A DNA stretch of 45,782 bases from a virus. Its lineage: Duplodnaviria > Caudoviricetes. A program made the position numbers and the translations under genes. The stretch lies in the IMG/VR virus record IMGVR_UViG_3300038313_000365, positions 1 through 45,782 of that record; one strand, written 5' to 3'. Shown here piece after piece: positions 9,373 through 19,596 of the stretch (its first letter is position 1; every line of letters begins with the position of its first letter). The notes under the pieces are model-generated. The model worked only from the letters and a program-made list of their open reading frames with translations. It was not told the origin of the DNA and did no database searches.

Positions 9373-9721
9373 TTGATTTTTTTTCCAAACAAAACAGTAG
9401 AATTATGGGAGCCTTACTTTACAAGTAAAATTGATTCATATACTGGTGAGGCAATAAAAGAGTATAAGTTAATTGAAACTTTAAAGATTGATTTTCAAAG
9501 TTTAAATCCCAGGTGATAGTAAAAGAATCTTTGGAGAAGTTTTAACTGATACTTATAAAGCATACTTACCCTATACTTCTAAGGTTGGTCCTTACACTAT
9601 TTTGAGGTTTAAAGGTGAAGATTCAACTTATAGTGTTAGGGGGACTCCAGTATGGAATAATCATTTAATTCCTCATATTAAAGTTATTCTTGAAAAGGAG
9701 AGAATACCAACAATAAAATAG
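9373..9721 (+). pseudogene. Head-closure (stopper)-like gene split by a +1 frameshift at 9508-9516 (not in ORF track)
   Basis: TTG frame MIFFPNKTVELW...DFQSLNP then AGG TGA; the +1 frame continues GDSKRIFGEVLTDTYKAYLP...HIKVILEKER to TAG 9721. The joined product is about 115 aa, in the expected slot between adaptor and gp10-like gene. Confidence 0.7.
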
Positions 9722-9748
9722 AATATTAAATGATGGAGGGGTTTAATT

Positions 9749-10084
9749 TTGAAAATTGAAGTTCGAATTCAGGATAGTTTAGAGGAGAAATTAGGACTTA
9801 AGTATGATGAAGTGATAAATCAAGCCTTAAATGAATTAACAAGTCAAGCTAAAGCCAATCTGGAATTAGAAGTACCTGTAGATACTGGTAGGTTACAGTC
9901 AAGTATTACAAGTAATACTAGTGGTGATTTAGTAAAAGAAATCACATGCTCTGCTCCTTATTGGGTTTATGTTAACTATGGGACATATAAGATGCCTGCA
10001 AATCCTTTTATAGATCGTGTGGTGAGTAATTTAAATACTAATGGAATATTAACTAATGCACTAAAAAGTAAAGGAATAAAATAA
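9749..10084 (+). CDS. HK97 gp10-like neck/tail completion protein
   Basis: PVDTGRLQSSI and YWVYVNYGTYKMPANPF motifs. Confidence 0.85.
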   Translation: MKIEVRIQDSLEEKLGLKYDEVINQALNELTSQAKANLELEVPVDTGRLQSSITSNTSGDLVKEITCSAPYWVYVNYGTYKMPANPFIDRVVSNLNTNGILTNALKSKGIK

Positions 10085-10099
10085 TTAAAATTTTTTTTT

Positions 10100-10768
10100 A
10101 TGAATATTTGTGAACACACTATCCTTGAAATATTAAAGGATAAAATTAAAATTATGGATGAAATCGTACCAGTCATTGTATCTAAACGATTTAAAGACAC
10201 TACGCCTTCTATAAGTTTAGATACTACTTCCACTAATCCTGTAAGTGAAAGATACTCCTATAATTGTTTATTACCATTAAATCTTAATCATCCATTATAT
10301 GATAAGGATAATCCTAATAAATTATATGCTCAAGAGGTAATAATTTCTGAGGAGAATCTTAATTTAAGAATACATATTTGGACAAATAATGAAAAGCAAA
10401 GACAATTAATTAAAGAGCAGATTAAATTAGAACTTAATAAAGCCTTATGTTTCCATTACACTTACTGTACAAATTATAATAATGACACTTTAATTTGTGA
10501 AACACTAAATAGGGAATGTGAAGTTTTAAATAATATTTCAAGCCTATCAATTAAAGGTCAATGTCCTAATCCTAAAAAGTATAATTATGAATCAATTTTT
10601 AAGAAAAATCATATAAAGAATGGTTCAGTGAGAATTTATGGTGAATACGATCAAGATAGTTATGATTTAAATCCTGTAATACTTCAAACAATACTGAAAA
10701 TGAAAATGACATATTACTCTATTTATAATAAAGGAGGATATGAGGCAAGTGAAATAAAAATAGAATAA
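10100..10768 (+). CDS. Putative tail terminator/completion protein with a Cys-rich insert
   Basis: Position before the sheath; LRIHIWTNNEKQR motif; several Cys/His residues in the middle. Confidence 0.55.
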   Translation: MNICEHTILEILKDKIKIMDEIVPVIVSKRFKDTTPSISLDTTSTNPVSERYSYNCLLPLNLNHPLYDKDNPNKLYAQEVIISEENLNLRIHIWTNNEKQRQLIKEQIKLELNKALCFHYTYCTNYNNDTLICETLNRECEVLNNISSLSIKGQCPNPKKYNYESIFKKNHIKNGSVRIYGEYDQDSYDLNPVILQTILKMKMTYYSIYNKGGYEASEIKIE

Positions 10769-10804
10769 AAATTTAATGAGAGTATAAAATTTTAATAGTA
10801 TATT

Positions 10805-11047
10805 ATGAATGAGACAAAAGCAAAATCAAAACCGAAGATTAAAGAAAAAGAATCCTTATTAAGTATAGTATCTAAATTGAAAGAATCAAAACCTGTAATA
10901 GTAGGAGTATTAAGCTCTAATAATTTATATAATAAATACTTAAATGAAGTTGAGAATGAAAATTTAGGAATACCATCACGATTAGAATATACAATGGAGG
11001 ATTTAAGTAAAATGATAGAAGATTACCTGAAAAAGGGTGGAAAATAA
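10805..11047 (+). CDS. Hypothetical protein (80 aa)
   Basis: Co-oriented ATG ORF filling the gap before the sheath gene. Confidence 0.6.
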   Translation: MNETKAKSKPKIKEKESLLSIVSKLKESKPVIVGVLSSNNLYNKYLNEVENENLGIPSRLEYTMEDLSKMIEDYLKKGGK

Positions 11048-11075
11048 TTAATAAGGAGTGTTTAAAGATTTTTTC

Positions 11076-12314
11076 ATGCCAATTAAAAAAGTATCACCAT
11101 ATATTAGTTTAGGTGAAGAAGACACTAACCCCTTACTTGATGGATCTGGAAGTGAAATAGCAATATTTATAGGTCCCAGTAACAATCCCAGTCCCAATAG
11201 TATAGGTAAGGAAAGTATTAAAAAGTATATAAAATATGCGAAAGCAGCAAAAACAGTAGAAGCTGGAGGATTAGGATTAGATTCTAATATTAATACTAAT
11301 CCATTATTACAGGTTGTTAAAGATTTTTTCATAGAATCTGCAAAAACCACAGTCACTGATCGTGGAGTAAGTTATTGTTATACAATAGATTTAGGCACTA
11401 ATCCTACAAATGAATTATACCATCAGGCACTAGAATTATGTGTATTAAAACCAGAAATCCAAGTAATAGGGATTATTGGATTTAAAACAAATGATAATGA
11501 ATATTTAGGTTTTAATTATAGTTTTATCCAAGCAACCAGCCAATACTTAAAAGATCAAAGGGAAAAGTGCAGATTACAAATAGCATACTTTCAAGCACCA
11601 CCAGGTAAAACAGATCAAGATTTGATAAATATGACAATGGGAACTTTAAAAGAAGATGGTGCTTATGATTTAAGTAATATTATAAGAAACAGTAGAATTA
11701 ATATTGTAGAAAATAAATACTTTGGAAGAACCATTGCAAGAATCTGTTTAACTCCTTACTATGAGGAACCAGGATACAATTACTATCGTACAATTGAACC
11801 TGCAAGCAGTGATGGTGCAACAGAATACTTCATTGAGCGCACACCAGAAGAAGAAGATGCATTATGTGAAGCAGGAATAATTTTTAACCGTGACGAGGAA
11901 TTCCTGGAACCAATACGTCCATGTATCACTTTAGCAACAAGTACAGCTTATGCAAATGATGATATAGACCGTCCCAACGATGCACTCCTACATGCACGTA
12001 GAAATGCAGACCATCAACTCAGACAATTAGTAAAAATTGTATCCTTACAATTAAAACGTAATGAAACTAAAACAAATATTCGTTATGTGAAAAGTGATTG
12101 TGAATCCTACCTAGACTCCGAATACAAATCAGGTTATATTCAAAATGATTATGGAGTGGAGATTACAGAAGCATTTGAGGATCCTTATAAATTATACTTG
12201 AAAGCTAATATTACACCAGTTAACAGTACACAAGCTATTTTAATTAGTGCATATATTGGTTATCCAGAAGCTAAAGTATCAGATGAATTAAGTAAAAATG
12301 CAAACACAAACTAA
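11076..12314 (+). CDS. Contractile tail sheath protein
   Basis: About 410 aa before a 140-aa tube gene; sheath C-terminal pattern EEDALCEAGI...LLHARRNAD...CESYLD...ITPVNS. ATG 11076 follows AGGAG. Confidence 0.75.
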   Translation: MPIKKVSPYISLGEEDTNPLLDGSGSEIAIFIGPSNNPSPNSIGKESIKKYIKYAKAAKTVEAGGLGLDSNINTNPLLQVVKDFFIESAKTTVTDRGVSYCYTIDLGTNPTNELYHQALELCVLKPEIQVIGIIGFKTNDNEYLGFNYSFIQATSQYLKDQREKCRLQIAYFQAPPGKTDQDLINMTMGTLKEDGAYDLSNIIRNSRINIVENKYFGRTIARICLTPYYEEPGYNYYRTIEPASSDGATEYFIERTPEEEDALCEAGIIFNRDEEFLEPIRPCITLATSTAYANDDIDRPNDALLHARRNADHQLRQLVKIVSLQLKRNETKTNIRYVKSDCESYLDSEYKSGYIQNDYGVEITEAFEDPYKLYLKANITPVNSTQAILISAYIGYPEAKVSDELSKNANTN

Positions 12315-12339
12315 AAAGGGAGGGAAATTTTTTTAAGGT

Positions 12340-12762
12340 ATGGTTACAACAGACACTAGTCAAGAATCACCATCATCCTATGACCTTGTAGAAGTACAAT
12401 GTGAAGGTATAGGTAAAATAATTTGTAAAGGATTTAAATTCACAAAGAAAATCAAAGCAGATGGAAAAGAAGATTGCAGTAACTATGATTACTATGATTG
12501 GATCTTATCTAATAGGACTTATGAATGGGAAATCACAGAACCAATGGATTATGATTGGTTCGACACCCGTTTTGAGGAGCAAGTAACTGATAAAAAAGGA
12601 TTAGCAATCACAGGTTATGCTGAAAATGATGAAGGGATTTGGGAGGCTAAAGAAAAATTCTTAGGATGTATTATAACTGAAACTGGTAGAGATTTCAGTT
12701 CAGGAATTAAAAGAACAATAAAAGGAAGTGCATTAAGTGCACAGAACTTAACAAATAAATAA
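12340..12762 (+). CDS. Tail tube protein
   Basis: Size, beta-rich sequence (FLGCIITE) and position between sheath and chaperone. Confidence 0.7.
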   Translation: MVTTDTSQESPSSYDLVEVQCEGIGKIICKGFKFTKKIKADGKEDCSNYDYYDWILSNRTYEWEITEPMDYDWFDTRFEEQVTDKKGLAITGYAENDEGIWEAKEKFLGCIITETGRDFSSGIKRTIKGSALSAQNLTNK

Positions 12763-12793
12763 AAAAAAGTAGGAGTTAAATAAATTTTTTTTT

Positions 12794-13543
12794 ATGAGTA
12801 AAAAGAAGAATAATCAAGAATTAGATGTGAATACTTTCTATAATCAGGAAATCTTACCTGAGGATATAAAAGAATTACCAAAAGACATCTTAAACCCTCA
12901 TTTACAGGAATTAGTTGAAAGGGTGGAGAATGGTGAAACTTTAAGTAAAAATGAATATAAGGATTTACGGAAAGTATTAAAAAGGTATCGTCCTGCAATA
13001 AAGAAGTATGAACCTGTGGAAACTGTTAAATCTTATAAACGTTTTGAGGAGAATTTAACTACTGAGCGGGAATTATTAAGGATTTTAGATTATGATAATG
13101 GAGGCACCACTCTTCATATGCGCCTACCCGTATATGGGGAGGAGTATAAGGATTTATATTTTAAAATTTTACCTTTAAATGATAGTCGTGCTTTAAGGTT
13201 TAGTGAAAATCATATAGATTTATTTAAGGATTTAAAACCTAATCAGAGAAGAATTTATGAGAAGAATGCCCGAGGAGAAGCTATTAGTAAGGAAGAGTCT
13301 GATATTTTAAAAAGTATTAATGAAAAAATTGTTAATAGTCGGATTGAACAGAAAGCTGATATTATTAATGAGTTATTAGCTTATCAGGTCACTCCACCAG
13401 ATTTTAATGGGGATATTAGTAAGCGTAAGGATTTCTGGGAGAATAGTTTCCCTTTTAATGCTAAGGTTTCTTTATTTTTGCAGGTTGAGAAGATTCTTGG
13501 CCTTACTGATGAATTTAATGAGAAACTTTTTCCAGATAGCTAA
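12794..13543 (+). CDS. Tail assembly chaperone (gpG-like)
   Basis: Between tube and tape measure; ends at CTT TTT CCA, overlapping a second frame. Confidence 0.7.
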   Translation: MSKKKNNQELDVNTFYNQEILPEDIKELPKDILNPHLQELVERVENGETLSKNEYKDLRKVLKRYRPAIKKYEPVETVKSYKRFEENLTTERELLRILDYDNGGTTLHMRLPVYGEEYKDLYFKILPLNDSRALRFSENHIDLFKDLKPNQRRIYEKNARGEAISKEESDILKSINEKIVNSRIEQKADIINELLAYQVTPPDFNGDISKRKDFWENSFPFNAKVSLFLQVEKILGLTDEFNEKLFPDS

Positions 13544-13733
13544 TAGTTGGCAAGGTGAAGTTTATTTCAGGGTTAGTAAACATTTAAATATACCTGTTAG
13601 TGAGGTTATACGGAGTAAGTTTAATCCTGATATTAAATTTTTAATTTTTAAGTATCATCAGCAATTAGTTTTTGAGAAACGTGAAGCTGAAGAGATTCAT
13701 AAGATGCAAAGTGAAGTGAATAGTCGTGCCTAG
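13530..13733 (+). CDS. Tail chaperone frameshift extension (gpT-like)
   Basis: Overlapping +1 frame FQIANSWQGEVYFRVSKHLNIPVSEV...NSRA*, whose stop overlaps the tape measure start. Confidence 0.65.
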   Translation, partial: FQIANSWQGEVYFRVSKHLNIPVSEVIRSKFNPDIKFLIFKYHQQLVFEKREAEEIHKMQSEVNSRA

Positions 13734-16700
13734 TAGTGAAGATGTAATGATCCTTTTTGAGGGTGTTGATAATGTTAGTAGTGTTGCCTCTGGTATTAGT
13801 AATGAGATTAATAATTTAGGTTCTAATGCTAATGTTAGTGGTAATAGTATTACTAGTAAGATTAGTGAGGCAGCTTCATCTTTCGGTACATTAAATGGTA
13901 TCTTAGCTAGTACTGTTGGTGTTCTTGCTGGTAAAAGTTTATCTGATTTAATTGTTGGTAATGCTGAGACTAAGGAAGTTAATAAGGTTCTTCTCTCTGG
14001 TATGGCTGATACTGAAGATGGAGTAAATAGTTTATTTGATACTATTGATGAGGCTACTAATCAGTCTTTGGTTAGTATGAATCAGTTAGTGCCTGCTTTG
14101 AAGAGTTTTAGTGCTGAGACTGGTCTTAGTGGATCAGAGTTAGAATCTGTTGTTCCTCAGTTTGCACAGTTTGGGTCTTATATGACTGCTATGACTGGTA
14201 GTAGTGATATTGCTTATACTGCTATGACTAAGATTAGTAATGGTTTGAATTCTTCTTCTCAATTCCTTAAAAGGTATGGTTTTAGTCAAGAAGTCCTTAA
14301 AGAGAATGGTTGGAGTGGTCAGGAAGATGATGTAACTGGTTATATGAATGCTTTAACTAAGGCTATGGGTGATACTGATGCTTTAATGAATACTACTACT
14401 GGTGGTATTAAAAAGTTAAATAAGGCTTTCAGTAGTGCTGGTGGTGAGATTGGTAAAAGCATTCTTCCGGTAATTAATAGTGTTGCTACAGGTTTAGTTG
14501 GATTAAATAAATGGTCTGGTAAAACCTTATTTAAAAGTTTCCTTATTGCAGCATCAGGTCTTGACATATTAATCACTGGTTTAGGTCAAGTTACTGTTCT
14601 TGTTAAAGGTGTTGAAAGTATTTTTCAAGCTTTAAAAGCTTTTGGTGCTGTTGGTGATGCTGTTAAATCTAAGGTTACAGGTGTGGATAAATTATCACAG
14701 AAAGCATCGAAAGATTCAGAAATTAAAAGTAATAGTGAAGTTTCTTTAAGTAATAAAGAATTAACAACTAGTAATCTTGGTTTAGTTTCAAGTAATGCTG
14801 AACTTGGTACTAGTTTTGAAGCTTTAAACACAATAAAGAAATCCACATCAAGTGTTAATACTTCACTTATTGGTGAGAATGAAGCACTAATTGCAAGTAA
14901 TCAGGCTTTATCTGAAAGTAATGCTACTGCAGGTGTGACTGGGAATGTGGATGATGTTTTAGATTTAACTGATACAGAGTTAAATAGTGCTTCTAGTCAT
15001 GCAAACACAGTACCCGTTACAAAAGCACAAGGTGCATCTACTAATTTAGGTTCACTTGAAGGTGAAACCTCACAGATAGAAAAGAACACTTCATCAGTAC
15101 TAAAAAATAATACTGCTAAAAATGGTTTAAAAGGTGCAGAATCAGCATTGGCTGCTGGAGGTATGGAAGCTGTTGGAACTGTTGGTGCTGAAGGTGAAGC
15201 TCTTGCAGGTGCAGGTGCTAGTGCTGGTGTTTTTGGTTCTGGTATAATGGCTACACTTGGACCATTACTTGCAATAGTTGCCATAATAGCAATAGTTGTA
15301 GTGTCAGTTTATGAACTAGGAAAAGCCTTTGGATGGTGGAGTGATGTAGGTTCCATGATAGATTCTATAAAGTCTGGTTTGCAAAGATTATGGTCTGCTT
15401 TTACAGGTTCATCGGCAGTTCAAGGAGTAATTAAAACTTTACAAAGTGGTTTTCAAACACTAAAAAACATAATAACAACAGTAGGAACAGTTGTCAATAC
15501 TGTTTTTAGTGAAGTCTTTGGATATATGGGTAGTAGTGACCCAGTTCAAAATTTGATTAATAGTTTTGGGAAATTACAACCCTTAATAAATAGTATTAGT
15601 CAGGCATTTCAAGCAGGATTTAGTTTTATTAATAGTGTTCTAGCTAGTTTCCTGGATCAATGGGATACTTTTGCAAATAGTGATTCTGGTCAAGAATTGT
15701 TCGCATCTCTTAGACAAGCTTTCCAGGCGGTAGGTCAAGCTTGGAATCAATTACAACCTGCGATAAGTCAAATTGTTAATGCTTTTGGACAATTATTCAG
15801 TGCTATTACAGGAAAAAGTACTGGTGGTTCTGGTGCAAGTAATATTGCAAGTATAATGGTACAAGTATTAGTTTTAGCATTAAAAGGAGCAGTAGTAGTA
15901 ATACATACTTTTGCAAGTGCAATACAAGTACTCGCAACAATAATCCAAGTAATAGCAGGAGTTATAACAAGTCTTGCCGGTACTATAAACTGGTTACGTG
16001 GAGCATTTGGAAATATAGCATCCTCACTGCAAGATGCTGGAGAGATGATTGCAAACTTTCCAAAATATTTAGCTAGCCTACCTGGAAAAATAGGACAATT
16101 CATCACCACTAGTTTACAAAAGATTCAACAATTCACCTCAAAGATGAAAACATATGCAATGAAAGCAGGACATGATTTTCTTAATGGAATAATAAATAAT
16201 ATTAAAACCTTACCTGGTAAGTTATGGAATACATTACTTAAAACCATACAAAAAATTTTACAATTTGATACAAAAAGTAAAATACAAGCAATGAAAATTG
16301 GAATGAACATTGTAAACGGTGTGATTAATTGGATAAAACAATTACCTATTAAAATTGGGCAATGGTTTACAAGTACAGTTACAAGAATCTCTAGTTTTAC
16401 CAGTCAAGCATTAATTAATGCTGGGCAAGTCGGTATGAGTGCAGTAAATGGTGTAATAAATTGGGTTAAAACATTACCTGGTAAAGTTTATAATGAATTT
16501 ATAAAAATTGGACAAAAAATTCATGATTCAGTTTCAAGTGCAGTATCAGCTGCAACAAGTTTTGGATCTGATATTGTAAATGCAGTAATGGGAGCCCTAC
16601 ATATAGCCTCTCCAGGTATTATTCAAAGAAGTATAGCAAAAGAATTTGCAGACATACCCTTAAGAATAAGTGAAAGTAATAGTGCTGCAGAAATAAAGAG

Positions 16701-17031
16701 TAAAAGTTTTGCAGAAAGTATTAAACATGGATTTGGAATACCAAAACTAAAATTAAAAACAGCCTTAGAATATAAATCAAATTCACCAGAAACTTTAAGT
16801 GATTATCAAAAGCATTTGCAGAATCAATTAAAACTTAAAACACAAGCAGTAAACCTTGCAGCTGGTGGTGTAAAAACTATTGGCGGGACACAAATTGTGC
16901 AAAAACATGTTCATTTAAGTAAAGGTGCCGTACCAATTGATGCAAGGAATATGACACAAAGGGAAGCTGAAAAAGTTGTAATAAGTGCACTTGAACAATG
17001 GGGAAACACATCACCAAGTTCTAAAAACTAA
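13726..17031 (+). CDS. Tape measure protein (1101 aa)
   Basis: Long Ala/Gly/Ser helical protein with a hydrophobic segment, Trp-spaced repeats (NGVINWIKQLP, NGVINWVKTLP) and the LHIASPG motif. Confidence 0.9.
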   Translation: MPSSEDVMILFEGVDNVSSVASGISNEINNLGSNANVSGNSITSKISEAASSFGTLNGILASTVGVLAGKSLSDLIVGNAETKEVNKVLLSGMADTEDGVNSLFDTIDEATNQSLVSMNQLVPALKSFSAETGLSGSELESVVPQFAQFGSYMTAMTGSSDIAYTAMTKISNGLNSSSQFLKRYGFSQEVLKENGWSGQEDDVTGYMNALTKAMGDTDALMNTTTGGIKKLNKAFSSAGGEIGKSILPVINSVATGLVGLNKWSGKTLFKSFLIAASGLDILITGLGQVTVLVKGVESIFQALKAFGAVGDAVKSKVTGVDKLSQKASKDSEIKSNSEVSLSNKELTTSNLGLVSSNAELGTSFEALNTIKKSTSSVNTSLIGENEALIASNQALSESNATAGVTGNVDDVLDLTDTELNSASSHANTVPVTKAQGASTNLGSLEGETSQIEKNTSSVLKNNTAKNGLKGAESALAAGGMEAVGTVGAEGEALAGAGASAGVFGSGIMATLGPLLAIVAIIAIVVVSVYELGKAFGWWSDVGSMIDSIKSGLQRLWSAFTGSSAVQGVIKTLQSGFQTLKNIITTVGTVVNTVFSEVFGYMGSSDPVQNLINSFGKLQPLINSISQAFQAGFSFINSVLASFLDQWDTFANSDSGQELFASLRQAFQAVGQAWNQLQPAISQIVNAFGQLFSAITGKSTGGSGASNIASIMVQVLVLALKGAVVVIHTFASAIQVLATIIQVIAGVITSLAGTINWLRGAFGNIASSLQDAGEMIANFPKYLASLPGKIGQFITTSLQKIQQFTSKMKTYAMKAGHDFLNGIINNIKTLPGKLWNTLLKTIQKILQFDTKSKIQAMKIGMNIVNGVINWIKQLPIKIGQWFTSTVTRISSFTSQALINAGQVGMSAVNGVINWVKTLPGKVYNEFIKIGQKIHDSVSSAVSAATSFGSDIVNAVMGALHIASPGIIQRSIAKEFADIPLRISESNSAAEIKSKSFAESIKHGFGIPKLKLKTALEYKSNSPETLSDYQKHLQNQLKLKTQAVNLAAGGVKTIGGTQIVQKHVHLSKGAVPIDARNMTQREAEKVVISALEQWGNTSPSSKN

Positions 17032-17059
17032 AAAAGATGGGAGGGAGAGTATTAAATTA

Positions 17060-17443
17060 ATGGATGATTATCTTCATGAAGAAAATGTTGAGATTAATGG
17101 ATTCTTATTCTATGCTCATGAAATCACACCAACCGAGTCATATAGTCGAAGAGAATTTAACCGGACAAATATCCTCGGAGGAACTACATTTATAAGTAAA
17201 GGTGCATATGTTCCATGTGAATACACTTTTACTTCAGATTTAAATATAGATCCAACCAGACCTGATATGTATGATAAAGTGTTTGCTTATATTAATAATA
17301 ATCCTTGTAAAGTAGTTTCTAAGTATATGGGAATGTTTACAGCTGAAGTGAAGATTAGTAAAACACATAATAAGTCAAGTCCAGGAAATATTAGTTTAAG
17401 TATTAGTGTTAAAGAGATTCCAGAAGTGAAAGTTGAAATCTAA
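17060..17443 (+). CDS. Tail tube initiator/distal baseplate protein
   Basis: Directly after the tape measure; beta-rich, ends SISVKEIP; ATG 17060 follows GGAGGG. Confidence 0.55.
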   Translation: MDDYLHEENVEINGFLFYAHEITPTESYSRREFNRTNILGGTTFISKGAYVPCEYTFTSDLNIDPTRPDMYDKVFAYINNNPCKVVSKYMGMFTAEVKISKTHNKSSPGNISLSISVKEIPEVKVEI

Positions 17444-17461
17444 AAAAAATGTAAAAATATT

Positions 17462-18388
17462 ATGACTCATGATTATATAAATACTGTTAAACCTGTAAAT
17501 GGTACTTATAATATAAAAAGGGTTTTAAATCAGGAAAACATTGATAAGAAAAAAGTTTTAGATAAAAAACTTACTAAAACTAAAGATTCTTCTAGTTCTA
17601 GTAAAACTGAAACATTAGATTTAGGTGATGTTAAATCTTATGGTGTAAATACTATAGCTGCCATAGCTTCAGGAAAAAAGAGTGATTCCAACACTCAATT
17701 AACTAAGATAATAAAACTATTAAAAACTGAAAATGGTACATATACAACTGAAAATGGACTTATTAAAGATAAATCTGTTTATAGTGAAGATTTATCCACT
17801 AATATTAAGGTTCAGAAGGATCCTTTAGATTTAAAGTTTTTAAGACCTAATCAAGGATCAAATAAAATAGGAATTCTTGAAGTTTATGAAACTGATATGG
17901 AAAACTTCACACCTTACACTTCCACACCAGAAGACCAGGATAAGACAAGTGAAACAGAAACCACCACTAATGAAGATGAAAGTGAAACAACTAGTACAGA
18001 TGAAGATAATTTAACTTATCATCAAGGAAAAATCTTAAGCACATCTTACTATCCATTTAATTACACTTACACTTATGATACAGATTACACTGAGGGTACA
18101 AGTGAATCTAAAGTAGATTCTTATATATTCACAGATGAAGATTTAAACTATATTTATAAAGGAGTGCAAGTCCTATTGAAACTAGGCTGGTTACAATTTG
18201 GTGAAAACCTACCAAGCAATGATAAAGACTTAAAAAAAATCAAAGCAGACATTACATTTAATGTTACTGCAAGGATTACAAAATTATATAAACAAAAATG
18301 GGCATCACAAGAGAAAGCATATAATGAAAATAAAAAAAATGAAACAGAATCTAGTACAACTAGTACTAATACAAGTTTAAATAATTAA
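17462..18388 (+). CDS. Baseplate hub-like fragment 1 with Ser/Thr-rich tracts
   Basis: Position; YIYKGVQVLLKLGW resembles the N-terminal part of gp27/late-control-D hubs; ends in an S/T tail. Confidence 0.5.
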   Translation: MTHDYINTVKPVNGTYNIKRVLNQENIDKKKVLDKKLTKTKDSSSSSKTETLDLGDVKSYGVNTIAAIASGKKSDSNTQLTKIIKLLKTENGTYTTENGLIKDKSVYSEDLSTNIKVQKDPLDLKFLRPNQGSNKIGILEVYETDMENFTPYTSTPEDQDKTSETETTTNEDESETTSTDEDNLTYHQGKILSTSYYPFNYTYTYDTDYTEGTSESKVDSYIFTDEDLNYIYKGVQVLLKLGWLQFGENLPSNDKDLKKIKADITFNVTARITKLYKQKWASQEKAYNENKKNETESSTTSTNTSLNN

Positions 18389-18424
18389 ATATTTAATGAT
18401 TATTTTTCAAATGCTCTTGGTTAA

Positions 18425-18445
18425 ACTATATTTAATAAGTAAATG
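18425..18445 (+). promoter_or_regulatory. Possible internal promoter before 18508
   Basis: ACTATATTTAATAAG in a 119-bp intergenic gap, followed by a GAGGTG RBS. Confidence 0.3.
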
Positions 18446-18507
18446 TTATTTATAATTAATCAGTAAAATAATTTAAAAAAATATTAAGAGGTGTATTATT
18501 TTAGATA

Positions 18508-18654
18508 ATGGTTAAGAAGATTAAAGCTGGAAAATCAAGTAATTATTATACTAGAGAATCTAATGGTAATTATATTCTTAGGAAGAAATCTGGCCAAATT
18601 ATAAAGGTTGTAAAAAAGGGTTCTCTTCAAGCTAAGAAGGTTAGTAAAAGGGCT
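18508..18654 (+). repeat. Copy 1 of a duplicated 49-codon basic leader (copy 2 at 21092-21238)
   Basis: 41/49 amino acids identical between the copies, with many synonymous DNA differences. Confidence 0.95.
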
Positions 18655-19587
18655 AATAGTAAAACAAGCAGTAAAAAGAAATCATCAAGTAATAAATCTA
18701 CTACTAGTTCATCTAGTACTCTAAGTTCTGAATCTTCAAGTTCAACTGAGACAAGTACTGATAATTCTAGTACAGATTCAACTAGTGAGGAATCAAGTAC
18801 TCCTACTGGAATAACAATTACATTAAATCAGTCACTTAAAAAAAGTAAAGAAATGATGAAAAAACTTATTAATGAAACTATTGATGAGGAATATGAGGAA
18901 GCTAGTACTGGATATACTCATTCCTTGCATGGTTTTATATGTGATAGTCAATTTACTTTAGAGGGATCTGAATTAACACTGGGAGCTTATGATAAGTTAC
19001 TAGCTAAAAGTGATAAATTAACGTATACTGAAATGTTACGTTCACAAATCCTTGATGAAGTGATTATGACTGCTGGTTTAATACCTGTAGTGGATTTCAC
19101 AGATTTAACTGATGAGGTGATTAGTTGGACAAGTGTATCCTCATCAAGCAATAAGGATAGTGGTGATGCTCAAGGTGATGGAAGTATGACAGAACAAGAG
19201 GCATGGGATTGGGCTAAGAAAGTACCATACGATCATGGAACAAGTACTCATGATCCTAAGGAGGCTTATACTAAACTTAATAATGGTACTGGTGCAGATT
19301 GTTATAGTCTAACAGCAGCATTGTATTATATTTTTAATTTCAAGGTGGGTATTAAGGCACGAGATATTTGTTATCATTCTCCATATGCAAGTAGTGGTTC
19401 TCATCATACTATTCAGTTGTATAGGAATGGTTCTTGGGATGATTGTGCTGATAAGTATAGGTCTTATACTAGTACTAATTTCCATGTTATTAGTTCTCGT
19501 TCTGGTGAGCATGTTTGCAGGGAGTCTGGTGGTACAAGTTCTAGTTATCCTGCTTATAGTAGTTGTCCTTATAGTAGTAATGGTTGA
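18508..19587 (+). CDS. Hub fragment 2: basic leader, S/T linker, hub segment and transglutaminase-like (Pei-type) Cys protease domain
   Basis: GFICDSQF...RSQILDEVI hub segment; catalytic-like GADCYSL, HHTIQLY and GSWDD. Confidence 0.6.
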   Translation: MVKKIKAGKSSNYYTRESNGNYILRKKSGQIIKVVKKGSLQAKKVSKRANSKTSSKKKSSSNKSTTSSSSTLSSESSSSTETSTDNSSTDSTSEESSTPTGITITLNQSLKKSKEMMKKLINETIDEEYEEASTGYTHSLHGFICDSQFTLEGSELTLGAYDKLLAKSDKLTYTEMLRSQILDEVIMTAGLIPVVDFTDLTDEVISWTSVSSSSNKDSGDAQGDGSMTEQEAWDWAKKVPYDHGTSTHDPKEAYTKLNNGTGADCYSLTAALYYIFNFKVGIKARDICYHSPYASSGSHHTIQLYRNGSWDDCADKYRSYTSTNFHVISSRSGEHVCRESGGTSSSYPAYSSCPYSSNG

Positions 19588-19596
19588 TTTGTTAAG

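Noticed and set aside
14340-16310. Minus-strand ORFs within the tape measure gene, and similar short shadow ORFs elsewhere
   Set aside because: They lie antisense or out of frame to strong genes and have no motifs or RBS, as expected from codon bias.
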